From a bacterium (GTDB lineage: Bacteria; UBA8248), in NCBI GenBank assembly GCA_965261085.1, contig OZ253442.1, positions 3,680,001 to 3,744,000 on the forward strand: a DNA stretch of 64,000 nucleotides, written 5' to 3'. Shown here one piece after another: positions 48,253-58,026 of the stretch. The position numbers and the translations under genes were made by a program. Every line of letters begins with the position of its first letter. Within the stretch, counting starts at the first letter, position 1. The notes below the pieces were generated by a model. That model saw only the letters and a program-made list of their open reading frames with translations. It ran no database searches and was not told where the DNA came from.

Positions 48253-48858
48253 ATGACATTGGGACTCAAAGAACAACCTGAAGAAATCTTCCGCGAGCAC
48301 GGTGGCCAGCTTCGAATGAGCGAGGCTCTCGCTTGCGGGCTCACGCGCTACACCCTGTATGCGCTCAGGGACAGGGGCGTCGTCGAGCAAATCACCAGGG
48401 GCATTTACCGGCTTCGGGAACTTCCCCCGCTCGGCAACCCGGATCTGGTGACTGTGAGCCTTCGCTTTCCCAAGGCCGTCGTTTGCCTCGTCTCGGCACT
48501 TGCTTGGCACGGCATCACAACCCAGATACCACATGTGGTTTCCGTGGCGGTGCCGAAGGACTCTCGGACGCCTACACTCAAATATCCTCCCATCAAAGTA
48601 CACAAATTCTCCCGTGAAGCATACGGACCCGGTATCGAAGTACATCTGCTCGATGGAGCGCCAGTCAAAATATACAACCCTGCAAAAACCCTGGCTGACT
48701 GTTTCAAGTTTCGTAACAAGATCGGAATGGACGTCGTGCTTGAGGCGCTGAAATTCCACAAGGCGCGAAACGGGCTCAACCTCGGCGAACTACTCGAATA
48801 CGCCAGGATTTGCCGGGTCGAAAAGGTGATGCGGCCCTATCTCGAGGCGATTCTGTGA
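48253..48858 (+). CDS. abiEi: Type IV TA antitoxin AbiEi
   Basis: RGIYRL, VVCLVSAL.WHGIT.QIP, IYNP.KTLADCFKFRNKIG.DV..EALK. Confidence 0.9.
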   Translation: MTLGLKEQPEEIFREHGGQLRMSEALACGLTRYTLYALRDRGVVEQITRGIYRLRELPPLGNPDLVTVSLRFPKAVVCLVSALAWHGITTQIPHVVSVAVPKDSRTPTLKYPPIKVHKFSREAYGPGIEVHLLDGAPVKIYNPAKTLADCFKFRNKIGMDVVLEALKFHKARNGLNLGELLEYARICRVEKVMRPYLEAIL

Positions 48859-49757
48859 CACCTCCGAGAAACGCGCCCGCCTCCGTGAGGCAACGCCTCC
48901 TGAACCGGGCCAGGAGCGATGGGCGTCTCTTCGGCGAAATGCTCCAGTACTTCGCCATGGAGCGGTTTCTCTACCGGCTGTCCCGCTCCGCTCACGCCGA
49001 GCGGTTCATCCTCAAGGGCGCATTGATGATGAAAGTCTGGCGTTCGGCGGAGTTTCGCCCAACCATGGACATCGATCTGCTCGGTAGGACGAGCAACGAG
49101 GAGGCTGAAGTCGCCGCGCAAATACGCGACATCCTGCTCGTCGAAGTGGAAACGGACGGACTCGCCTTCGATCCGGATTCCATCCGAACCGAACGGGTCA
49201 CGGAGGATGCGGACTATGGCGGTATCAGGGTTCGATTCTCGGGCGCATTGGATACCGCGAGAATCCACATGCAGATTGACATCGGATTCGGGGACGTCGT
49301 ATATCCAGGACCTGAAGAATCCGAGCTTCCGGTCATGCTGGATTTCCCGGCACCGAGACTGCTCTGCTACAGCCGCGAGAGCTCCATCGCGGAGAAGTTC
49401 GAGGCCATGGTCAAGCTCGGCATGCTCAACAGCCGGATGAAGGATTTCTACGACATCTGGTTGCTGTCCCGCCAGTTCGACTTTACGGGGGACGAATTGG
49501 CCCGGGCCATTCGGCTGACCTTCGAGCGACGGGACACCCAGTTGCCACTCGAGATCGAGGCGTTCTCCAGACCCTTCGCCGATGCCAAACAAACCCAGTG
49601 GACGGCGTTCCGTAATAGGCTCCAACAGCTACATGTTCCCGAATCTTTCGCGGAAATCACGGCTTCGGTGGAGCGGTTTCTCTCGCCCGTCGTCGCTGCC
49701 CTTTCCTCCGGAAAACCGAGCCCGGCAAACTGGGCCGCACCCGGCCCATGGATCTAA
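48855..49757 (+). CDS. abiEii: Type IV TA toxin AbiEii nucleotidyltransferase
   Basis: ERFLYRLS, FILKGA, RPTMDIDL, DIGFGD, AEKFEA, NSRMKDFYD. Confidence 0.92.
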   Translation: MTPPRNAPASVRQRLLNRARSDGRLFGEMLQYFAMERFLYRLSRSAHAERFILKGALMMKVWRSAEFRPTMDIDLLGRTSNEEAEVAAQIRDILLVEVETDGLAFDPDSIRTERVTEDADYGGIRVRFSGALDTARIHMQIDIGFGDVVYPGPEESELPVMLDFPAPRLLCYSRESSIAEKFEAMVKLGMLNSRMKDFYDIWLLSRQFDFTGDELARAIRLTFERRDTQLPLEIEAFSRPFADAKQTQWTAFRNRLQQLHVPESFAEITASVERFLSPVVAALSSGKPSPANWAAPGPWI

Positions 49758-50102
49758 GGTGGAATCTTTCCATCGAAACGAATACCTTCTCGGGTTTGTC
49801 ATCTCCAAGATATGACTTGAACGCAGTATACTCGATTCTAGTCGACTAGACGAGATGAGATTGGGGGTTTTGCGATGAATTGCCCGAGAAACAAGTCCCG
49901 AACTATGTAGACGATGCGTATCCCATTGAGGATAAGTAGGATATAATCGTATTCGTGTGTAAAGGTCTTCATCTTCACAGGTTGGTTACCTCAAGCACAG
50001 CTTCATGTGACACAAGAAGTCTTCCGCCCGCAAACTTAATTCGGTATACAGTGCCTCAAATGCCCCTGATGGACACGAGTGGAGGAAAGTGGCGGAACGA
50101 CC

Positions 50103-51839
50103 ATGAGTAAAGCGGATACAGGATTGACTAAGGAAAACTTCGAAGCGGAACTCAAGAAAAACTATACCGAAGGTTCATTGTTGAATTTCCTGCTTTCCAC
50201 CGTGAACCAACTACAGTCTATAGGACAGGATGAATTGGCGCGTGAGACTGTAGTCGAATTGCATAATAATGGTGAGATTGACGTTCTCGATACGAATCAA
50301 TGGGCAACATTTGAAACAGAAGGGAATTTATCATTTTTCCAGTTTCAGCATTTTTTTAACGAAATGCTTCCCAAGTTGTCTGCTTCACATCAGAGTGTGA
50401 TGTTCGTCGTAAAAAAACTTGTCCAACTTGGCGGGAAAGACCTGGCAGCCAACGAACCAAATGTCGCATTTGTTGAATGGTGCCGACAAGATGAAAAACA
50501 AGCCTTATCGATCCTGGAAGACGCCCGCCAGGGAAATCAACTGGCGCTTGACTATCTCATTTTTGCTCTAGACTCAGGAAATTATTTCGAGGAAGCGAAG
50601 GCTTTTCTGGAAAGTGATTACCCAGAGGCCCGCCTTAGCGGAGCGGCGTCCATGGGAAGGATGTCACTGTCCGCTTCACAGGAAACCGAGGCGAACGCTG
50701 TTATCATCAGGGGACTTGAACAATGTGATGATCCTGGCTTTGCGGCAAATCTCTATGCCGCTGCATTTGCGATAGCTGAAAAATCGGACAAAGCAGATCT
50801 ATTAATTCTTAAGACTGTAGCCGAGTTGTCTGCGAGGCACCTTTCGCCGAACCTACAATCCCAAGCCGTCCGTTTTCTATTCAGGAACGCCAAAACTCTC
50901 GATCGGGATTGCCTCGATGCAATCATGAAGCTCTTGAGAAAAATTGATCCACAACACATCGAAAATTTAGAAATACTGGACTTTGCGCTCTCGGCGCTGA
51001 TCGAGGCCGGATTTTTGGATACCGTTCTTGACCTGCTCGAGAACCTTGTCGAGACGAGTTCCGGTAAAATATCAATCGCGCGATTTAAGGACTTCTCCAG
51101 GGAAATCTCAGAGGACAGCGACACACTGGCAAGCGTGGCAGTACGCTGGTTTGGTGCTGGAGATTTGAGTATTTGTGCAGGATTCGCAAGTCTCCTTTCA
51201 GAGGGTGCGCGACTAAATCTCGGGAAAGGGGGTCTTCCTAAAGTACACGGAGATTTGGTTTTCATGTGCCGGAAGGTTGTTGGACATCTTTTCATGAAGC
51301 CGCTCGTTGCCGCTTCTTTTTTGCTGAGTGTCATCAAACATTCAGATGAAAGCGGCAAAAAAGCCGCTGCAGATCTTCTGTCTTATCCTCTTCTGATCAG
51401 TTACGAGGGCAAACTTAGAGAGTACCTCGAAGAATTCTGCGCTAATTCCAAAGGCTCAGCCGCAGATACTGTATTGGAGGTGCTGGATCGAAATGCAGCC
51501 TATCTGAAGGACTTGGAGGGGATTGAAACTCTAGTCGAGTTACAACCTAGTGAAGAACAGCGACAGGCAGAAAGAGAGCGTTGGAATGAAATGGCGCGAA
51601 AAATCGCAAAGGAAGTTGAGCGGAACTCCATACTAAGTCATATCCCTAAAAGTTACCTTTTATACGGGCGAAGTGTGTTGACTTTCGTAGAAGATCCAGA
51701 CGGCTCGACCCGGAAAATTGAAGCGCCGATGGGAGAAGTATCATCTGAGAGCGAGCATCCCAGGCTCGATATTATTGACCATGTGGGCCTCCAGTTTTTA
51801 TTGTTTTCCTTCAAGGCCGAGAAAAAAGTGATTCCATGA
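50103..51839 (+). CDS. Alpha-helical repeat protein; candidate defence gene A (OloA-like?)
   Basis: 578-aa AT-rich, helical HEAT/adaptin-like pattern; 4-nt overlap with the following nuclease-like gene. Confidence 0.5.
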   Translation: MSKADTGLTKENFEAELKKNYTEGSLLNFLLSTVNQLQSIGQDELARETVVELHNNGEIDVLDTNQWATFETEGNLSFFQFQHFFNEMLPKLSASHQSVMFVVKKLVQLGGKDLAANEPNVAFVEWCRQDEKQALSILEDARQGNQLALDYLIFALDSGNYFEEAKAFLESDYPEARLSGAASMGRMSLSASQETEANAVIIRGLEQCDDPGFAANLYAAAFAIAEKSDKADLLILKTVAELSARHLSPNLQSQAVRFLFRNAKTLDRDCLDAIMKLLRKIDPQHIENLEILDFALSALIEAGFLDTVLDLLENLVETSSGKISIARFKDFSREISEDSDTLASVAVRWFGAGDLSICAGFASLLSEGARLNLGKGGLPKVHGDLVFMCRKVVGHLFMKPLVAASFLLSVIKHSDESGKKAAADLLSYPLLISYEGKLREYLEEFCANSKGSAADTVLEVLDRNAAYLKDLEGIETLVELQPSEEQRQAERERWNEMARKIAKEVERNSILSHIPKSYLLYGRSVLTFVEDPDGSTRKIEAPMGEVSSESEHPRLDIIDHVGLQFLLFSFKAEKKVIP

Positions 51840-53569
51840 AGCTCATCATCAAGGAATATTTGGCTTCGCTCCGAGAACGAAACGAGCTGGACGCCATCCT
51901 TCCCAATCTTTTAAGCGAGCTTGGTTTCAACGTTATGTCTCGCCCATCGATTGGCGCCCGTCAGCATGGTGTCAATGTTGCAGCCGTAGGCCCTGATGAA
52001 AACGACGGTGGCAAACGAAAGCTGTTCTTGTTCAGCATCAAGCCCGGTGACCTCAGTCGACAGGACTGGGATGGCAATCCACAGGCTTTGCGTCCATCAC
52101 TCAACGAAATTCGAGACGTCTACATTCGGAACAATATCTTGAAGATACATAAAGATTTAGACATCGTTATCTGCATCTGTGTAGGTGGGGACGTAAATGA
52201 GAATGTTCGCCCACAGTGGACGGGATACGTCGCTCAAAATTCAAATGAGAAAATAAGTTTCGATGAATGGAATGGAGATAAACTATCGGAATTGCTCCTC
52301 ACCGGTGTTCTTGGAGAAGAAATCCTACCTTCAGAACAGCGCACTAATTTCCGGAAGGCAGTCGCCATGGTCGATCAACCAGACGTAGCCTACCGCTTCT
52401 ACATGCGCTTGCTCAAAGCCCTTCTCCAACAACCGGAGCAAAAACCGAAGCAGAAAAGAACATCGTTGCGGCAAACATATATTTGCCTGTGGGTTCTCTA
52501 CGTTTGGGCGCGTGGAGAGGGAAATCTCGAAGCACCCTATCGGGCAAGCGAAGCTGCGATGCTTCACGCCTGGCATTCGGGAAAAGAATTTGCAGGGAAG
52601 AAATCAAAGAGTGCAAAAGAGACATTAGGCATCATTGATCAGTTCATCAAACTTCATATGATTATCTCCACAGATTTTATTGAAAATAAAATCCACCCCT
52701 TTTCGGAAAAACTTCACGCTCTTTCCACGGCTGTGAATTCCGCCAAATCGGTAGATGTGAATTTATTCTTGTTTGAAACACTGGGAAGAATCGGAGCCTT
52801 TGGACTTTGGAATTATTTTTACGCTGAATCAGCAAGTGGCGAACAAAAGGAATACTTTCGAGCAAGAGCTCATAAGGCTCTGAACACGGGCGTCCATGCC
52901 ATCAATAATAACCCCGCTCTTCTCTCTCCCCTCCGAGACGATCATGCGATTGAAATCATGATATTCATGTTGCTCGCACAAGCATGCAATGCCATTCACT
53001 CGGTTAAGGGATGGATAGAAGAGCTTTCATCCCGTTGCGTTTTCGCGTTGACATGGCGAATCTATTACCCCACACCCAAGATTGACTACCCCGATTTGAT
53101 TCGTCATCCTCGAGATCAATCCGACGAATACTTTCGAGAGGCAACACGTGCCAGCATACTTTATCCAGTTTTGGCTTGCTGGTTGACACTTTTGGGGAGC
53201 AACGAGGCATTATCGAAACTGGCTGATTGTGTTTCTTCAGAACTTTCTCATTGCAATCAACAATTGTGGCTCCCCGATGATAAAACCGATGAGAAAATTT
53301 GGATCGGCGAACATTACCACGACCACGGAAAAGCCTTAACTCATCTGCCAATTCAAAAAGATGGCAAAAATCTGATTGATCGTATCAACAAAGCTACTGC
53401 CGATAATGGTGAATTCAGAAAAATTTCTGCCGTCTCAAGCGGCCTTTGGCCAATGTTCGTTTCCGCATGTCGGCACTACCGAATGCCACTTCCCCCACAA
53501 TTTTGGACTATGCTTTCTCGACGAACTAACGGAGATCAAAGAAACGTTCCAGACAAATCGAGCGATTGA
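51836..53569 (+). CDS. Protein with N-terminal Mrr-like PD-(D/E)XK fold; candidate defence gene B (OloB-like?)
   Basis: LL.ELG..V.SRP..G.RQ.GV(N)VAA...LFSIK.G; WNG.KL..L motif. Confidence 0.55.
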   Translation: MKLIIKEYLASLRERNELDAILPNLLSELGFNVMSRPSIGARQHGVNVAAVGPDENDGGKRKLFLFSIKPGDLSRQDWDGNPQALRPSLNEIRDVYIRNNILKIHKDLDIVICICVGGDVNENVRPQWTGYVAQNSNEKISFDEWNGDKLSELLLTGVLGEEILPSEQRTNFRKAVAMVDQPDVAYRFYMRLLKALLQQPEQKPKQKRTSLRQTYICLWVLYVWARGEGNLEAPYRASEAAMLHAWHSGKEFAGKKSKSAKETLGIIDQFIKLHMIISTDFIENKIHPFSEKLHALSTAVNSAKSVDVNLFLFETLGRIGAFGLWNYFYAESASGEQKEYFRARAHKALNTGVHAINNNPALLSPLRDDHAIEIMIFMLLAQACNAIHSVKGWIEELSSRCVFALTWRIYYPTPKIDYPDLIRHPRDQSDEYFREATRASILYPVLACWLTLLGSNEALSKLADCVSSELSHCNQQLWLPDDKTDEKIWIGEHYHDHGKALTHLPIQKDGKNLIDRINKATADNGEFRKISAVSSGLWPMFVSACRHYRMPLPPQFWTMLSRRTNGDQRNVPDKSSD

Positions 53570-53716
53570 AGTCACTAATGATTACTTTGGCTCACATTAG
53601 TGAGTTATCCGTTACCCTATTTATTGCTATTACTAGCTATTACCACCTTTTTGGTTGAACTATCCGTCGAATTGTCAAATTTATGAAAAACACCTGATTT
53701 AGGACGAATAGCTTGC

Positions 53717-54043
53717 TCAATTGATATGAGAAATAAATTCTTGCTCAATGTCGCCTGGTGCGTATCTCCATACTTTCGCTGTTTCGTGGCGAAGGCGTCT
53801 GTCTAGCCAGTTAAATGATTTGTCGAAAATAGCGTTAAATGCTTGTTGTGATTTAGATCCAAGATGATGCCAATAAGGGCTATCACTTTCCTCAGCCTTG
53901 CCCCAGCAAAATAGCCAGCAGATGCTTTGCGCATTGCCTGGACTAGGCTCCCAATAATTATTTTTACCTTTTTCAAACCTGCTGCCTTGGATATTCGAAA
54001 GGATAGCTTCTGCTTGTTGTACTGAAATTCTCATCTTGATCAT
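53717..54043 (-). CDS. Hypothetical protein (108 aa, Trp-rich)
   Basis: AT-rich ORF with GAGG RBS; no recognised family. Confidence 0.5.
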   Translation of the reverse strand: MIKMRISVQQAEAILSNIQGSRFEKGKNNYWEPSPGNAQSICWLFCWGKAEESDSPYWHHLGSKSQQAFNAIFDKSFNWLDRRLRHETAKVWRYAPGDIEQEFISHIN

Positions 54044-54375
54044 TGATTTGCCTCTTTCCTAGGTGGATGATGTCCTAAAGTTGCTGGAAATTTCAAAAAG
54101 AAGTGCATCCTCGGCAGAGGAACCACAAAACTGTGTCGGTTATCGCTGGCATCAAACCGAGGAGGTACCCCATTGAGATGAGATTACAGGCATCGATGCA
54201 CACTCGCCAAGTTCAGCACGCAATGAGCAATCTCGGACAATTATCAATAGCCACCTTAACAATGACGGGGAGAGTACTATGCTAGGAACCTATGAGGGAA
54301 ACAGAAATCTCTTTACCGAATTAGGCAGTTTACTCACGGGTTCCTGCTCTCCGAATTCACATGATTTTGCGGGTC

Positions 54376-54675
54376 CTACGCCGATCTGCCCGGTAAATCG
54401 GGCGCGACTTCGGAGATATTTCTGCTGATTTGTTTGATCTCCTCCTCTCGTCCGGTCCTTTCCATGTCTCGAATGATGGCCTGCGCGGTGAACATCGCCG
54501 AGCGCAACAGGTGGATTTCCGCTTCGATTCGTGGCCATTCTCGTCCCTCGATCGCCTCGAGCGCCGCCGAAATCATCAACCGGCTCGGGGAAATCCCCCG
54601 CTCATGTGCGGCTTTTTCGATCCGTCGCCAGTGGTCTTCATCAACTCGGATGTGCTTGTTGATGGTTTTTCCCAT
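54376..54675 (-). CDS. RHH relaxosome-accessory-like protein
   Basis: KHIRVDEDHWRRIEKAAHERGISPSRLM RHH pattern; points away from the oriT-like site. Confidence 0.6.
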   Translation of the reverse strand: MGKTINKHIRVDEDHWRRIEKAAHERGISPSRLMISAALEAIEGREWPRIEAEIHLLRSAMFTAQAIIRDMERTGREEEIKQISRNISEVAPDLPGRSA

Positions 54676-54883
54676 GCCGTTTTCCCCCGTTTTATCCTCT
54701 CAATCGTCGTTCATGTGAGATGGTTTCGGCACTCGCCGGTGCCTTCCGGAAGCCGAAACACTAGACGCGCACCGGTTTCCCGTGCCGGGTCACGCCGCTC
54801 GGTCACGTCCCTACGCATCCGTGTCCAGCGTTGTTTTTGCGACGCTGGCCGGGAGGAATCATATTTGCGCGCACCCCCGTCAC

Positions 54884-54999
54884 GTATGCTCATGGCATAC
54901 GCGCAGGAAATCCTCGTGTTACGCCGTATTGCAATGAGCATACGCACTTCCTGAAGTGAGGGGATTTCAACGGGATACAGGCGTATGCTCAGAGCATAC
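54884..54999. promoter_or_regulatory. GTATGC-N5-GCATAC palindromic boxes
   Basis: 54884-54900, 54983-54999 and imperfect 54926-54943; same boxes at 42336-42352 and 42378-42394. Confidence 0.6.
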
Positions 55000-55081
55000 G
55001 CTTGATCCAACAACAGGCGGGCGGTCTTTGTCGTCGTTGGCGCAGAACGCTGCATGCCAGGCGCGCGCATGGTCTGCACCT

Positions 55082-55106
55082 GCAGCCCGCTGCGTGGGGT
55101 GTGAAA
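55082..55106 (+). other. oriT-like site 2 (IR GCAGC-CC-GCTGC + GTGGGGTGT^G)
   Basis: TGCGTGGGGTGTG equals the F-plasmid nic core, preceded by an IR as in F; flanked by an RHH gene and minus-strand leading-region genes. Confidence 0.65.
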
Positions 55107-55444
55107 ACAGGAGCCGCCGAAGGGCGTCAAAAGGACCGAATTTGAGGAACAAACGATGGGGGAATCGAAGCCGGTGAGAGAGGCGGTCGGGAGCCGCCGC
55201 GGCGATTGAGTGGACGGAAGCGAACGGAGCAATGCGGGGAGGTGTGTACAGGGGTGTGTACACCAGTGCATGGAGTAGTGCCGGTGGTATGACCAGCCGG
55301 GTCTGCACCGCCGTGATGCGAAGTGGTGGGCGGTATGACCAGGGAGGTCACCACCGGTGCGGGTGCAAATGGTGCGAGCGGTGGTCAACGAGACAAACGA
55401 GCCGCGCCGCCGGGGTGGCGACGCGACCCGCCGGGTGGTGTGTC

Positions 55445-56365
55445 CTATGCGGCGACGCGCTGGACGGGGATGCCGAGGCTGCGGGCCTTGTCGACGAGGT
55501 TGTCGGTGATGCCGCTGCCGGGGAATGCGATGACGCCCTTGGGGAGCAGGGCCAGGAGTTCGTCGTTGCGCCTGAATGGAGCCGCCCGTCCGTGTGCGTC
55601 CCAGTCGGGCTTGCAGACGACCTGGTGGACGCCGTTCCGCTCCGCCCAGCCTGCCGCTATCTTCTCAGCCCCCGGACCGCCGCCGTGGACGAGCACCACG
55701 TCTGCGTACTTCGCTTTAAGCCTGTCGAGATGCCCGATGATGGCGCTCGCATCGTTCGCCTCCTTGCCGCCTGCGACGGCGACGAGGGTTCCCTGGGGGA
55801 GGTGCGCCGTGTTCTCGCGGTCCTTTCTCGCCCTCTGGAAGTCTCGCGCGTCGATCATGGCCGAGGTGAGCTTGCCGGTCTGCGAGGTGTGTGACCCTCG
55901 TCGTGGCCGCCAGACCTCGCCCGTCTCGACGCGGTAGGCCTCGGCTGCGGTGTCTCTCAGTTGTTCGAAGGCGTCTCTGCGGTTGCTCAGGTTCTGCGCC
56001 CGGTCGGTCTTGAGTTCGAGTTCGCGGGAGCGGATCTCCGATCCGTCCTGTTCGCGCTGCAGTTCGCGTATGCCGGGGAGGAGCCTGTCGGCGGCGCGGT
56101 CGAGGCGCTGTGTCTGTGCGTCGAGGGTGTTGACGAACCCCCAGAGGAGGTTCGCTCGCTCATCCGCAAGTTGTGTCCCGTCGGGCGCGGCCTGTGCGAG
56201 TAGGTGGAAGGCCTTGATGACGGCGGAGGAGGATTCGTTCTCGTCCCATACGACGCGGGAGTCGAACTCGTCGCGGCCCGGTGTAGCGCCGAAGAGCGCG
56301 GCCTGCTCGCAGACCATGGCGGTGAAGGACTGTTCCTGAGCTTCGATGGTGTGGATGTCGTTCAT
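55445..56365 (-). CDS. DUF2493 (YspA/SLOG-like) protein typical of mobile elements
   Basis: W.PR.GS, T.AMID.RDF, LVHGG..GAE.IA..WA...G, GRAAPFRRND, IAFPGSGIT. Confidence 0.85.
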   Translation of the reverse strand: MNDIHTIEAQEQSFTAMVCEQAALFGATPGRDEFDSRVVWDENESSSAVIKAFHLLAQAAPDGTQLADERANLLWGFVNTLDAQTQRLDRAADRLLPGIRELQREQDGSEIRSRELELKTDRAQNLSNRRDAFEQLRDTAAEAYRVETGEVWRPRRGSHTSQTGKLTSAMIDARDFQRARKDRENTAHLPQGTLVAVAGGKEANDASAIIGHLDRLKAKYADVVLVHGGGPGAEKIAAGWAERNGVHQVVCKPDWDAHGRAAPFRRNDELLALLPKGVIAFPGSGITDNLVDKARSLGIPVQRVAA

Positions 56366-56789
56366 GATTCTCTCCTTGAGAATAGAGTGTAGCGGAGTCT
56401 GTCTCCGCACGTGATGTGTCACGAGTCCCACGCGCGCGCAGGGAAGCCACCATGGCCGCAAGGCCCGTCGCGGGGAGGGTGCGGGTGGTGCGGGCGCACA
56501 AGCGAGCGAAGCGAGCGCGGAGCCACGGCCGCGCTCTTCCCGCGACGGGGTTCCTGCCTTGCGAGCCATGGCCGGAACGCAGTGGAGGACCCCGCAGGGG
56601 TTGGCGAAGCGAGCACGTGTGGGAAGATGGGACATCACGTCGGAAGAGTTAATGCCACAGATGGGAGCAGGTGAGCCTCTCTCGCATTCTTCCCGGGCGT
56701 TCACCCTTCTCGTCGACCAGCGAGAGCATTCCCTCTGGGTCGAAAGCAAAAAAACAGGCCGACGCGCGAGGCGCCGGCCCGTTGTGAGG

Positions 56790-57248
56790 TTAGAAGGGGA
56801 TGTCGTCGCCGAGAGCCTCGGGCGCTCCGTTTACCGCCGCCCCGGCCATCACCATCTGCGGCGCCGCCGCAGTCTCGGGGTGCGCGCCGTTCCCGTTCAC
56901 CTTGTCGAGGAACTGCACGCGTCCGCCCGGCGCCAGGAGGATCTCGGTCGAGAACCGCTCCGATTCTTCCTCTTCCTTCTTCCAGCGCCTGGTCTGGAGC
57001 TTGCCCGCCACGTAGACCAGACGGCCTTTCTTCGCGTGCTTCTCGAACATGTCGACCAGCCCGGGCTGGAAGGTCACGACCCGGTGCCACTCGGTCTTCT
57101 CCACCCGCTCGCCGCTCTGCTTGTCGACGTAGCCCTCGTCGGTGGCGATGGAGAGGTTGGCGACGCGTCCGCCGTTCATGAGGTGGTTGATGGTGACGTC
57201 TGCGCCGAGACGCCCGATCAGTTCCGCGCGGTTGAGTCCGAATGCCAT
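56790..57248 (-). CDS. ssb: Single-stranded DNA-binding protein
   Basis: LNRAELIGRLG.D, TEWHRVV, KG..VYV.GKLQTR.W, C-terminal DDIPF. Confidence 0.95.
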   Translation of the reverse strand: MAFGLNRAELIGRLGADVTINHLMNGGRVANLSIATDEGYVDKQSGERVEKTEWHRVVTFQPGLVDMFEKHAKKGRLVYVAGKLQTRRWKKEEEESERFSTEILLAPGGRVQFLDKVNGNGAHPETAAAPQMVMAGAAVNGAPEALGDDIPF

Positions 57249-57326
57249 GGTGATTCTCCTTGTAGTGTGACGTGGATGACAGTTGATGGGACCGGGAATC
57301 CTCTCTCCCCGATCCCTCCGTTCGTC

Positions 57327-57473
57327 CTATACCCTGCTAAACTCCTCTCCTCCGGCCGCCTCGGGGTGGAGCGCCTCGCCGCGCAGCCTGCGGATCGTGT
57401 AGGAGTCGAGTCCGATCTCGGCGAGCAGTTCGTCACTGGTGAACATCTCGACGTCGTAGTCGTTCTCGTACAT
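57327..57473 (-). CDS. Small acidic hypothetical protein (48 aa; below the ORF-track cutoff)
   Basis: GAGGAGG RBS; MYENDYDVEMFTSDELLAEIGLDSYTIRRLRGEALHPEAAGGEEFSRV. Confidence 0.55.
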   Translation of the reverse strand: MYENDYDVEMFTSDELLAEIGLDSYTIRRLRGEALHPEAAGGEEFSRV

Positions 57474-58026
57474 GGTCCAGCCTCCTCATAGGTTGTCGTC
57501 CCCGGCGTCGGGACCGGGAGACCGTCTCCCTCTCCCTACCGGGCATTTGCCCGGCTCCCCGCTTCACTCTTCCTCTACGAAGGGGGGCCGCGACCAGTGA
57601 CTGACCGCGCACGGACCGTGAACGGCCATGGTCCGGTTGTCCTCGATGGCGGAGATGTCCGGAGACACGCCTGGGTTTGCGCCTTGTTCGGGATTCGGGT
57701 CGCATGAGGAGTGGGCGAACGAAGACGTATCGAGAGGCGTGGGTCCCGGCGCCGGTTTTCATGAGGTTGCTGGTCGGGGTGTGGGCTTCGATGCTGTGGA
57801 CCTCGGCGGCATCGCCGATGGCGGGTTGCCCGAGGCTGTGCCTGCCGGGTCACTTCCGCGCTGCCTGGGTGCTCGTCCCCCCCCGGCCTGGATCCCCGGG
57901 TGGCAGATCACGCGGTGGAGCCGAGTCCGGAAGGCTCCAGGCCGGCTGCGCAGCAGGGCGGCGTAATCCTTCCCCCCGGCCAGACGCATGACGGCCGGCT
58001 GCACGTGCAGGGGCGGCCGCCGGCGC

